From the IMG/VR virus record IMGVR_UViG_3300045806_000152, positions 1-59,969 of that record: 59,969 nt of DNA; one strand, 5' to 3'. The stretch is from a virus. Lineage: Duplodnaviria; Caudoviricetes. Made by a program: the position numbers and the translations under genes. Of the stretch, positions 51,622-59,969 are shown piece after piece. Under the pieces are notes generated by a model. It was given only the letters and a program-made list of their open reading frames with translations, did not search any database and was not told the DNA's origin. The first letter of the stretch is position 1; each line of letters begins with the position of its first letter.

Positions 51622-51837
51622 AGTTAAGAATGAAATACCATTTCAACGTATTCCAGATTCATTTTATCATCACGGTATTCTTTTAAAACCGATATAAAAT
51701 ACAATTGGGTAAACCAATTCGTTTTTCTACCGATACAAATTGAGTATATATAACCCTTCATTTGAATCCGAATTTCCATTTTGTTCTCCTTAAGTTAGTT
51801 ACGGGGTTGTGATATTGTATAAAGCATATTGCTTCTG

Positions 51838-51870
51838 TTATCATATAAGATACCATAAAAATCGCAGTTT
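51838..51870 (-). promoter_or_regulatory. Putative phage promoter at the head of the early block
   Basis: ttatcatataagat-N11-cgcagttt on the + strand. Confidence 0.65.
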
Positions 51871-52148
51871 TATTATCAATATTTTGTATGAAATTTAATT
51901 TTATAAATAATGCAAACTATTGTGTTACCTAAAATTTTACACCATGCTCCCAGCCTGTACTACCCCGATTCTGTGTCGGCTTACCATGCAGGCTGGGCTA
52001 GAATTGACAATTACTCGGATCAGATTTCAGAAGAACTACTGAGGGCTTTTCTGGAATTTCTAAAACTAAGAAACCTTCCAAGTATTATCATGCAAGATTT
52101 TTGATCAAATTCGCGACTTTTACGCTCTGAAAACCTTCAAAGGTTTAT

Positions 52149-52201
52149 TGACAGAACCCTCTAAATTAATGAATACTTCCCCCTCCCCCAGCTATTAAAT
52201 A
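52149..52201. repeat. 53-bp inverted repeat, copy 2
   Basis: Exact reverse complement of 1-53. Confidence 0.95.
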
Positions 52202-52354
52202 TAAGTATTAAGAGTAGTAGAAGGTTTAATAATAGGATAAGAGTATTAAGGTTAGTATAAGGTTTAATATAGCTAAGAAGTATGATAGTTAATTAGAAGT
52301 AAGTATAGTAGGTAAGAGGACTAAGATTAGTTGTAAGTAAGTAGAATTTTAGAT

Positions 52355-52388
52355 TTTAAACCCCTAGGATGTTATCTAGGGGTTAAAT
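52355..52388 (-). terminator. Hairpin downstream of the holin-like gene
   Basis: cccctag/ctagggg stem. Confidence 0.55.
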
Positions 52389-52389
52389 T

Positions 52390-52938
52390 TTATTTGCTAC
52401 TAGGAAGCTGTGAATTTAATGTGCTATTTGCTATGATACTATCTTTACTACGATTCTGATTAGTTGTACCGTACCAATAAGCAAGCACTAACATAGTTAC
52501 ACCATCCATTAAGCCAAGAATACGACCAACAATTATATCATCTAATTCTTTAGGATAACCATAGAATAATACAAAGATTTCTGTACCTATAGTTATTGCA
52601 AGTATAAATATTGACATCCAGAAAAGTTCCATCTGAATACCACCTGCTACATTAGCATTTCTTGCTGAATCACGATCTTGAAAAGCTAAATTCTCATATT
52701 TGAATCCACGTTCAGCTTCATCATTCTGATATTGCATTTCAAGTTTCTTAATCTCAGAAAGCTGATCTGGGGTCATTTGTCCATTTTGAATAATACCTGC
52801 TATTTGTGTAGTGGTAGCATTATCTAAACCAAATACTTTACCTAATGCCCCTACTGCAACTCCACCCAGCGGTCCAACTAAAGCTGTAGCCACTGTTGGG
52901 GCAATACTCATAAGTGTGTCTTCCCAATTTGCCATCAT
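52390..52938 (-). CDS. Holin-like membrane protein
   Basis: APTVATAL.GPLGG, DRDSAR, two C-terminal TM helices ending YWYG. Confidence 0.7.
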   Translation of the reverse strand: MMANWEDTLMSIAPTVATALVGPLGGVAVGALGKVFGLDNATTTQIAGIIQNGQMTPDQLSEIKKLEMQYQNDEAERGFKYENLAFQDRDSARNANVAGGIQMELFWMSIFILAITIGTEIFVLFYGYPKELDDIIVGRILGLMDGVTMLVLAYWYGTTNQNRSKDSIIANSTLNSQLPSSK

Positions 52939-52964
52939 ATCCTCTTATAATATATGTTATAATC

Positions 52965-53693
52965 TTATAGTCTTTTCTCATTATCTAGGGCTTTCTTATA
53001 TTTTTCAAGTCTTCCACTATATAATTTATTAAAATCACCTATCCACTTGCGTCTACCTATATGGCCACATGTTATACGAGGGTCTAAGTAAATGGTATAC
53101 CCTAAAGATTGTAGCTTTCTACAGAGCAAGATATCTTCACCTACAAGCTGACCATCCACTACTTTTATCTCAAATATTGCCCTAGAATTCTTCTCTGTAT
53201 TATCTTCTTTAATTGAAGCATCACTGTAGGCTTCAGAAGTCTCCCATAGTTCTTTAAGCACTTTTCTAGACATTAATAAAAAACCAGTACCAATACTTCT
53301 TAGATGTATAAGACCTTCTTTATCGGGTAATAGCTTATTTAAATCAAGAACTACATTATATCTTTCTTTTTCGGATTTAATTACTACAGAACCTCCTATA
53401 ACGTCCTTCTTATAATTTACTAAGTTTATAATCCACTGAGGCTCCCATTCTTGATCAGAATCCACCCATATTAGATCGGTAGCATTAGATTTTAAAAAAT
53501 CGGCTACAAGATTATTCCTTACACGTTGAATTATAGAATCTCCAGAAATTATTATTGGTGTAAAATTAATACCATTCAAAATACCGAGTTTAACAGTTTC
53601 CATAAAAGATAATATGTATTCTGTACTAACTGTACCATCATAACAAGGGGTAGCTATGACTATATTACGCATAACATTATTCTTATTGGACAT
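52965..53693 (-). CDS. GT-A fold glycosyltransferase-like protein
   Basis: IATPCYDG, RNNLVADFL, WVDSD, GTGFLL, GEDILLC, CGHIG. Confidence 0.85.
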   Translation of the reverse strand: MSNKNNVMRNIVIATPCYDGTVSTEYILSFMETVKLGILNGINFTPIIISGDSIIQRVRNNLVADFLKSNATDLIWVDSDQEWEPQWIINLVNYKKDVIGGSVVIKSEKERYNVVLDLNKLLPDKEGLIHLRSIGTGFLLMSRKVLKELWETSEAYSDASIKEDNTEKNSRAIFEIKVVDGQLVGEDILLCRKLQSLGYTIYLDPRITCGHIGRRKWIGDFNKLYSGRLEKYKKALDNEKRL

Positions 53694-53741
53694 AAATAAT
53701 CCTTATAAAGGGGTGTACCATTTGATACACCCATATTATTC

Positions 53742-53990
53742 TTATAAAGTTGAAGTGGTAATAGAACCTAGGTCTGTACGTTTTAGAAGTTCATTATTTA
53801 GAGTTACTAAAGGATCTTCATTAGCTACTAATACAGTTGTCACACTAACACTACTAAAAGGTTGATTTGATATAGAATCAACACCTGCTAAAGTTGTTAT
53901 TCCATAAATACCAAAATTTCCAAATAGATTACCTGTAGCATCACCTGAAAAGTTTTGTAGTTTGATTATTGCTTTAATTTGTGAGGACAT
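53742..53990 (-). CDS. Hypothetical protein
   Basis: ORF in late operon. Confidence 0.55.
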   Translation of the reverse strand: MSSQIKAIIKLQNFSGDATGNLFGNFGIYGITTLAGVDSISNQPFSSVSVTTVLVANEDPLVTLNNELLKRTDLGSITTSTL

Positions 53991-54012
53991 TTTATTCTTT
54001 CTAGGTTAGTTA

Positions 54013-54372
54013 TTAATCAGTGATAAGGATTCCTTCAAGGGCTGCTAAATGAATAGGTTCAATCTCTATAGCCCCAAGTTCATCAATTGTTATCATTGTT
54101 AGCCCAGGTAAGCTTATTTCTTCATCAAGAATTGCTTGAATTTGTGTTTGAAATTTATTGAGGTTATCACCTGCAAAGTTATAACCTTTACCATCTTCAG
54201 ATTGTGTTCCTAATTCCTGAGCGAGCTTAACCCTTTCTTTATCATAGATCTCAAGCTCAGGTTTAATTATATTTAGTGCTTTAGCTATCCTATAGCTTAC
54301 CTTTGATGTAAGTTTAAGATTACTTAAAGTTTGTAGAGAAGGTGCTACTTCAACGAGTTTTGATAGTTTCAT
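54013..54372 (-). CDS. Tail-associated phage protein
   Basis: Family pattern L..KVSY.I.K....I..E commonly found after tail fibre genes. Confidence 0.6.
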   Translation of the reverse strand: MKLSKLVEVAPSLQTLSNLKLTSKVSYRIAKALNIIKPELEIYDKERVKLAQELGTQSEDGKGYNFAGDNLNKFQTQIQAILDEEISLPGLTMITIDELGAIEIEPIHLAALEGILITD

Positions 54373-54669
54373 TTTTATACCTATATGTTTAAATTATTCT
54401 GTATTATGCTATTATGCGTCTGGGTTAATATAGTTTGGGCTATCAGGATTAGATGTACTTACAGCCCAAGCTGCTGCTGCATCTGCTGCTTCTTTTGCTA
54501 CTCTAGCTGCATCATAATTTTTACTTGAAGGCTTCCTATAATCCAATAACCAAGCTGCTGCTTTTGCAGGCCTGGGCATGAATTTAAGAAAGCTTCTTAT
54601 TGTTAAAATAAAAGAATACCTCAATCATTAATACAACTAGTATACTACAAATCTCATTATTTAGTCCTT

Positions 54670-54954
54670 TCATAGACCTAATTTTATATTACCACGTATT
54701 GCATATGCTTCAACTGCTAGAACTATTGAATCAAGCATCAAATTTATATCTTTAGAAAAATATAAAAAAGCTACTATAATACCCATTATCCATATAGTAA
54801 AATATATGAATACTGTTGCATTATTCGGATGAGGTCCAATTATAGGATTAGTCTCATATATATTAGTATGGAGTTGAATCTTAAGTGTCTGAACAGTATC
54901 CCATATCAATGCTAAAATGACGATTACAAATAAAAATATGCCTATATTTTCCAT
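54670..54954 (-). CDS. Small membrane protein
   Basis: Three hydrophobic segments; ETNPIIG.HP motif. Confidence 0.65.
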   Translation of the reverse strand: MENIGIFLFVIVILALIWDTVQTLKIQLHTNIYETNPIIGPHPNNATVFIYFTIWIMGIIVAFLYFSKDINLMLDSIVLAVEAYAIRGNIKLGL

Positions 54955-55167
54955 GATAACCTCCTTTAGTATTTACGTGTATTATTATTCATTTGCATAA
55001 ATTTGTCAGCAAACACATTTGCAGAAAACAGTACCATCTTCTCCAGCTTCAAGTTCATGCCATTCACCTGCTACCAACAGAAGTTACAGTACATGTAGCA
55101 TTATTTGATATACCTGTGCCGCCTGAAGCTGGAACTAAGGTTACACTCAGTCCTGTGGCTGTACCAT

Positions 55168-55506
55168 CTATACAATGATGTTAATATTAGAATTCGGCTC
55201 ATATATAGAAGCATTATAGCTTTGATTATGAGTATCTATAATACTATTTAAAGTATAATCAAGAGAAGCTTCAATATTCTGTGCTATTGATATATTACAT
55301 ACAGAAGAAGCTACTGAAGCTATTTCTATAATACTGTTATTTGTACTAGATATACTAGCTACAATATTATTGTTTATTCTTGAAGCTGTAACATTAGCTT
55401 GTTTTAGAATACTTATAATTTTTAAGGAGTTTAAGGGTAAATAGTTTCTATCATAAGAGGTGGACGTATTTACCAATATATACCTAAAACTAGATAAAAT
55501 AGGCAT
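55168..55506 (-). CDS. Hypothetical S/N/I-rich protein, probable paralog of 55537-55872
   Basis: Similar length, composition and MP..S...NY.P start. Confidence 0.55.
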   Translation of the reverse strand: MPILSSFRYILVNTSTSYDRNYLPLNSLKIISILKQANVTASRINNNIVASISSTNNSIIEIASVASSVCNISIAQNIEASLDYTLNSIIDTHNQSYNASIYEPNSNINIIV

Positions 55507-55536
55507 AACATCTCCAATTAATTAATTTAGATAAAC

Positions 55537-55872
55537 TTATTGTGCTTCCACTATCTCTATACTATTACTACTAACTAAAGATACTACTGAATTAACATTT
55601 AGGTTAAATTTGTCTAAAACTATACTGCTATCCTTTAATGATATCCTAGTACTACCTATAGGTATTGCACTACAAGATACCATATTTATGTTATCAATAA
55701 CTGCATTACGCGATACAAAGTATTCATTAGTTGTAAGTTTACTATTGAAGACATTAGCAGAAATTGCAGCATTGACATTATTAAAAGTTATATTACTTCT
55801 ATTAGGTATATAATTACTAGCATACCTAAAAGGACTTGGTGTAAACAAATAAAATAATGATGCCAATGGCAT
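55537..55872 (-). CDS. Hypothetical S/N/I-rich protein
   Basis: See paralog. Confidence 0.55.
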   Translation of the reverse strand: MPLASLFYLFTPSPFRYASNYIPNRSNITFNNVNAAISANVFNSKLTTNEYFVSRNAVIDNINMVSCSAIPIGSTRISLKDSSIVLDKFNLNVNSVVSLVSSNSIEIVEAQ

Positions 55873-55881
55873 GCTAACCCC

Positions 55882-56889
55882 TTAAATCAAATTAGTTGGA
55901 CTAAAAGAAAATTCAATCAAACCTCTCATTGGTTTCCATGTTCTTTGGTAAGTTCCTCCAACAGGCTCAGTTACTCTTAATTCAAAAAATCCATATATAG
56001 AAGACTGTGTTGTAGGTTGTACTAACCATTGGGGTACTGTAATTGACAATCCAGAATCAGCTGATGTAATATAAATAGGTAATCCACCCGATATATTAGA
56101 TACTGAAAAAGATAACGAGGATAAATTAGTTTGTGTTACATAATATACCATCGTAGCTGTTCCAGTACCTACACCTACAGCAGTTGCAATAAATGTAGTT
56201 CCTATACTATTAGAAGAAGCACCAAGCTGTGTAAAATCAGTAGTACCTACAGTTAATATTTTATAGGTATTTCCTATAACGAAAGATGTAGCATTAACTG
56301 TTGATAATATACCTGTAGGAGGTGTTCCAGAAAATGTTATTGGAGTATTAGCACCAAGATTATGTATTGTAGTTGACGAAAATATACCTTGTATAGATCC
56401 AGCTGTCCAGTTACTTGTAATAGCAGTTGTACTTGAATTACTGAGTGTTCCAGGAAATTGAATATATACTATATTAGACCCACTAACTTGCACCCAATTA
56501 TTAGTATCCAAATTTGGTTGTACAGTTGATACTAAGGGACTACCACTTGGCGTGGATAGACTGTAATAGCTAGTAACTGCTGCTACATAAACTACTTCAG
56601 TTTGATTATAAGTAGCCCCTGATGTCCATTGACCTCTATATAAAGGTATTCTTACATTTAACTCATTATTTATACCACCAGCTCTTGCATAGGTAGGTAT
56701 ATCTGAAAAGCCTGCTATATTTGCTGCTTCCATAATAGCAGCTTCAAAAGTATATGCAGATGAAACAATATTTAAGAAACTTAAAGTTACAGGGAATTCA
56801 AGCTGTTCACCCTGAACTAAAGACCATAGTACTGCTCCACTATCTGATATGGGATCAATAGTGGGTGATAAGATTGAAGATCTCGCCAT
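55882..56889 (-). CDS. Virion structural protein (tail/baseplate-associated)
   Basis: S/T/G-rich beta-type sequence; start MARSSIL; late region. Confidence 0.7.
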   Translation of the reverse strand: MARSSILSPTIDPISDSGAVLWSLVQGEQLEFPVTLSFLNIVSSAYTFEAAIMEAANIAGFSDIPTYARAGGINNELNVRIPLYRGQWTSGATYNQTEVVYVAAVTSYYSLSTPSGSPLVSTVQPNLDTNNWVQVSGSNIVYIQFPGTLSNSSTTAITSNWTAGSIQGIFSSTTIHNLGANTPITFSGTPPTGILSTVNATSFVIGNTYKILTVGTTDFTQLGASSNSIGTTFIATAVGVGTGTATMVYYVTQTNLSSLSFSVSNISGGLPIYITSADSGLSITVPQWLVQPTTQSSIYGFFELRVTEPVGGTYQRTWKPMRGLIEFSFSPTNLI

Positions 56890-56958
56890 TTGAACCCCTA
56901 AATAATCGCTAAAATACATACCCTAAATTAATAGGGTATGTAATTAGCTTTATAAAAA

Positions 56959-57315
56959 CTATAATGAAATAGGTATATTGTTGATTATTGCTGCTGCCTT
57001 AATTCCTGAGTATTGTAATTCACTTATAACTGATTTTGCAAGTGCATCTAATAACAACACCTGTAGATCAGACCACTCATAAGCCGTAACCGCTGGAAAG
57101 AATGCAGGGTAGGCAACCATCAATGCGTTTGAAGCGAGAATTCCACCCATTGCTGTCTTAACGTCTTGAGCAAATTTAGCGACATTTGGAATTATTGGAT
57201 TAAAGAACTGTATTAACTCTGGACTTTCATTTGGCATATATTCCTCTGCATATCCGGATTGAGGGTTTGCATACATATCGATTATTGCCCCGCCTTGATC
57301 TCTTTGAACGTACAT
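56959..57315 (-). CDS. Tail fibre assembly/chaperone-like protein
   Basis: MYVQRD..G.I...YA.PQ pattern directly after the tail fibre. Confidence 0.6.
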   Translation of the reverse strand: MYVQRDQGGAIIDMYANPQSGYAEEYMPNESPELIQFFNPIIPNVAKFAQDVKTAMGGILASNALMVAYPAFFPAVTAYEWSDLQVLLLDALAKSVISELQYSGIKAAAIINNIPISL

Positions 57316-57324
57316 GATTGCGCC

Positions 57325-59964
57325 TTATGAGTCTGCTGGATCTACCCAGCCAATTGTCGTTAAATAGCAAGTAGATGATGTCAATGATCTGCGCCTGTAT
57401 TGCCCAGAAGTGTTTGTTGTAACTTCAAATCTGGCGGCGGAAGTGCTTACTGATGCTATTGGCGCAACTGTGGCAGATGGGGCCATGTCAACCGTAGACA
57501 GGTCAGATATATAGTTGATTGACCCAGATATACCGTTTCCGATCAGCTTCATCTTTCTACCAAGCGGAACTGACGCTGTTACTGTTACCGCCGTTGTTCC
57601 AGACGCGGCAGTTGAAACATCTAGTATTGGTGTTTGCCAGTAAAACTCACGCCCAACCTGTATAAATGGAGTCCATTGCGTAGACGCATTTGTTTTAGCC
57701 GCACCTATGTAACGAAAACGGGCATATCCTCCTGGAATTGTAGGGATTGTCGCGCTCAAGCTATATAAGACCGTTACAGATGTAGGATTTCCAGAGTTTT
57801 GTATTAAATAGAAATAGTACCAAGTGTTAGCCGCTGGAAAACCAGTGTCAAGACCACCGGCCCCAATAGATAATGTGCTGGTTATCTGTGTATAGGTTAG
57901 ATTTATGAGAGTTGTGCCTGTTGAATCCGCCGCAGAACCTTTTGCTATCTGAATCTGAGTGGTCGAATAAAGCGACATAGTTAAGCCGCTAATAAAACCT
58001 ACTGGCGTTGTAAACGCTCCTGTTATTATTCCTGAAAAGTAGTTGGTTAAGGCTGAAACATAAATGCCATTTCCACTTCCTGTACTATAGAAGCTTCCAC
58101 CAGTAATACCAGTACCTGATACCCCAACCCCAGTAGCTGAAGACGCTGATACCCCCGATCCAGAACTCGATATTGCAAGAACCCCATTGCCCGCCCCATT
58201 AGCCTGAGCAAGAATCCCACATCCCGTCCCAGTTGCGTTACCAATTAATCCGGCACCGTTATCAGTAGATCCAAAAACGCCAACCCCTCCCGTCCCTGTA
58301 GCTTTTCCATATATTGACGAAAACACGGTTGACCATCCGGATATGCTTGAGGAGTAAGTAGATGTCCCTTCTGCATACAGATAACCAGTTGTGCTTATAT
58401 CCCCCGCTGTGGAGTTTATGGTTCCAGATATGTTTGCCCCTGTTGCACTTAATGCACCTGATGAGCTAACATAAAACCCTGTAGATGCCGCACCTAAACC
58501 AATACCTGTGGCACCTATAAATACACCTGCATTGGCATCGTTATAGGAAGCTTTAAGGCCGTATGTTAAGTTTGTACCAATATTGAATCCACCAATTGTT
58601 CCACCAGTTGCGGTAATCAGTCCCGTTATCGCCAATGTTCCGGTTGATGCGATCCATGATAAACTTCCAGGGCTTCCACTAAGATAAAAGTTGCCAGAGC
58701 TATCCATGTACGTTTTCCACGCACTACCATTGTAAAAGCCAAGTTGCGTAGACGACAGATAAAGACCTGACGCCGAAACAGTACCAAGTGTTGCTGGTAT
58801 TGTCGATAATGGGCCAAATTGGATGTTGTTAACTCCGGTAGTTGATGTTTCTGCAGTATAGAAGCTAGACCCAAGGTACATCGTTTGGTTTGATGGCGCA
58901 GCTATTGGGCCATATATTAAAACTCCGTTCTTGTAATATCGGTAATACACATTGTCATAGGTTATAGACAGAACATCCCCTACCGTGTAGGCTGTGTACG
59001 AACCCATTATTATACTATATGAGCCCGGTGCAACAATTCCCGTTAATACCCCACCAGACTGCATATAGAATCCTGCATTGATAGCGTTGTATCCATTTAA
59101 GGTAACGGTGCCTGATGGGTTAGTGGTTATACCCATCATGGTATAACTTCCCGTTGAGGTGACTACCCAGCTCGCAAAGCAACCGCCTGTGTACCCATCG
59201 TTACTGTATACTCCATCAGTCCATGCACCATTACTACCATTCTTGTAGACCGAATTACCACTTAAAACCATGTTAGCAGTACCTACCAAATTGATGTTGG
59301 TAGTTGCGCCAGCGGCAATTCCTGCAAGTTTAGCCCCGTCTGTTGAACTGATTGCGGAAAGCGAAGTTGGCTTATCGGTTAAGTTTGAATAACCGGATGA
59401 GCTTCCTGTAATCGTAATGCTTCCTGATATATTTGCCCCAGTAGCACTAAGAACACCAGAAGATGACACTGAGAAAGTAACTGCACTACCATTTGCGGAG
59501 GATATACCATCTGTGCCTAAGTAAATGCCTGAAGCTGCACTCGCATAACTAACCTTACTTCCTGAGTATAAAGCAGTACTAAGATTCCAATTACCTATTG
59601 ACCCAGAATTTGCAACTAACACTCCAGCAGCGGTTACACTAAATGGGTTAGTTGACCCATTACCTATTGATATTCCATCACTTCCTATATAAATACCACT
59701 AACAACACTAGCTAATGTAGATTTAGTACTTGTATATATACCTGGATAAGTTCCGTTTTGAATAACCCACCCACTTGCACCTCCAATACGTCCTGTATTA
59801 GCTGTTATTACACCAGTTATAGTGGCTGATGTAGCTGTTAAATTACCAGAGGTATCAACTCTGAATGGGGCAGTAGCTCTAGATCCAACAATTGAACCTG
59901 CATAAAATGGATAATCAGACACATACATGCCAGCAGTTGTAGTATACAAATATCCAGCAGCCAT
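57325..59964 (-). CDS. Tail fibre protein (5' end probably outside the window)
   Basis: G/S/T-rich repeats (FSV.SSG.LSATGANISG) and a lectin/SPRY-like segment (GDVLSITYDN..YRYYKNG). Confidence 0.85.
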   Translation of the reverse strand: MAAGYLYTTTAGMYVSDYPFYAGSIVGSRATAPFRVDTSGNLTATSATITGVITANTGRIGGASGWVIQNGTYPGIYTSTKSTLASVVSGIYIGSDGISIGNGSTNPFSVTAAGVLVANSGSIGNWNLSTALYSGSKVSYASAASGIYLGTDGISSANGSAVTFSVSSSGVLSATGANISGSITITGSSSGYSNLTDKPTSLSAISSTDGAKLAGIAAGATTNINLVGTANMVLSGNSVYKNGSNGAWTDGVYSNDGYTGGCFASWVVTSTGSYTMMGITTNPSGTVTLNGYNAINAGFYMQSGGVLTGIVAPGSYSIIMGSYTAYTVGDVLSITYDNVYYRYYKNGVLIYGPIAAPSNQTMYLGSSFYTAETSTTGVNNIQFGPLSTIPATLGTVSASGLYLSSTQLGFYNGSAWKTYMDSSGNFYLSGSPGSLSWIASTGTLAITGLITATGGTIGGFNIGTNLTYGLKASYNDANAGVFIGATGIGLGAASTGFYVSSSGALSATGANISGTINSTAGDISTTGYLYAEGTSTYSSSISGWSTVFSSIYGKATGTGGVGVFGSTDNGAGLIGNATGTGCGILAQANGAGNGVLAISSSGSGVSASSATGVGVSGTGITGGSFYSTGSGNGIYVSALTNYFSGIITGAFTTPVGFISGLTMSLYSTTQIQIAKGSAADSTGTTLINLTYTQITSTLSIGAGGLDTGFPAANTWYYFYLIQNSGNPTSVTVLYSLSATIPTIPGGYARFRYIGAAKTNASTQWTPFIQVGREFYWQTPILDVSTAASGTTAVTVTASVPLGRKMKLIGNGISGSINYISDLSTVDMAPSATVAPIASVSTSAARFEVTTNTSGQYRRRSLTSSTCYLTTIGWVDPADS

Positions 59965-59969
59965 TGTCC

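Noticed and set aside
38533-51697. Long plus-strand ORFs such as 38533-38979 and 51257-51697
   Set aside because: Antisense shadows of well-supported minus-strand genes.
54990-55170. Tail-fibre-like fragment DGTATGLSVTLVPASGGTG
   Set aside because: No start codon and interrupted by stops; at most a remnant.
1-59969. Stop-codon reassignment as the cause of split genes
   Set aside because: Breaks in the RNAP and nrdJ genes are fully explained by introns, and other genes are intact in the standard code.

Overview
AT-rich segment of a lytic dsDNA bacteriophage genome, with essentially all genes on the minus strand. Reading right to left in the direction of transcription: the end of the structural/lysis block (tail fibre, chaperone, glycosyltransferase, holin-like; 52.4-60 kb), a non-coding hairpin-rich region (~51.8-52.4 kb), early genes, and a T7-like single-subunit RNA polymerase split by three group I introns. 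Next comes a T7-style replication module (SSB, family A DNA polymerase, 5'-3' exonuclease, primase-helicase with two inteins), PduO next to a class II ribonucleotide reductase (one intron, one intein), and an ATP-dependent ligase. A tRNA/tRNA-like ncRNA cluster and many small accessory genes follow. Most unusual: (1) an integrase-less array of integron attC sites at 5.9-7.0 kb whose cassette ORFs lie antisense to the attC top strand; (2) a perfect 53-bp inverted repeat bracketing the whole ~52-kb early/middle block; (3) an FK[VI]P peptide motif recurring in terminal tails of six mostly unrelated proteins, four of them nucleases; (4) a bipartite TGCG-N11-ATCTTATATG promoter candidate; (5) tRNA-like ncRNAs; (6) a radical SAM-nucleotidyltransferase fusion. 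All calls come from manual motif recognition and no database searches were run.
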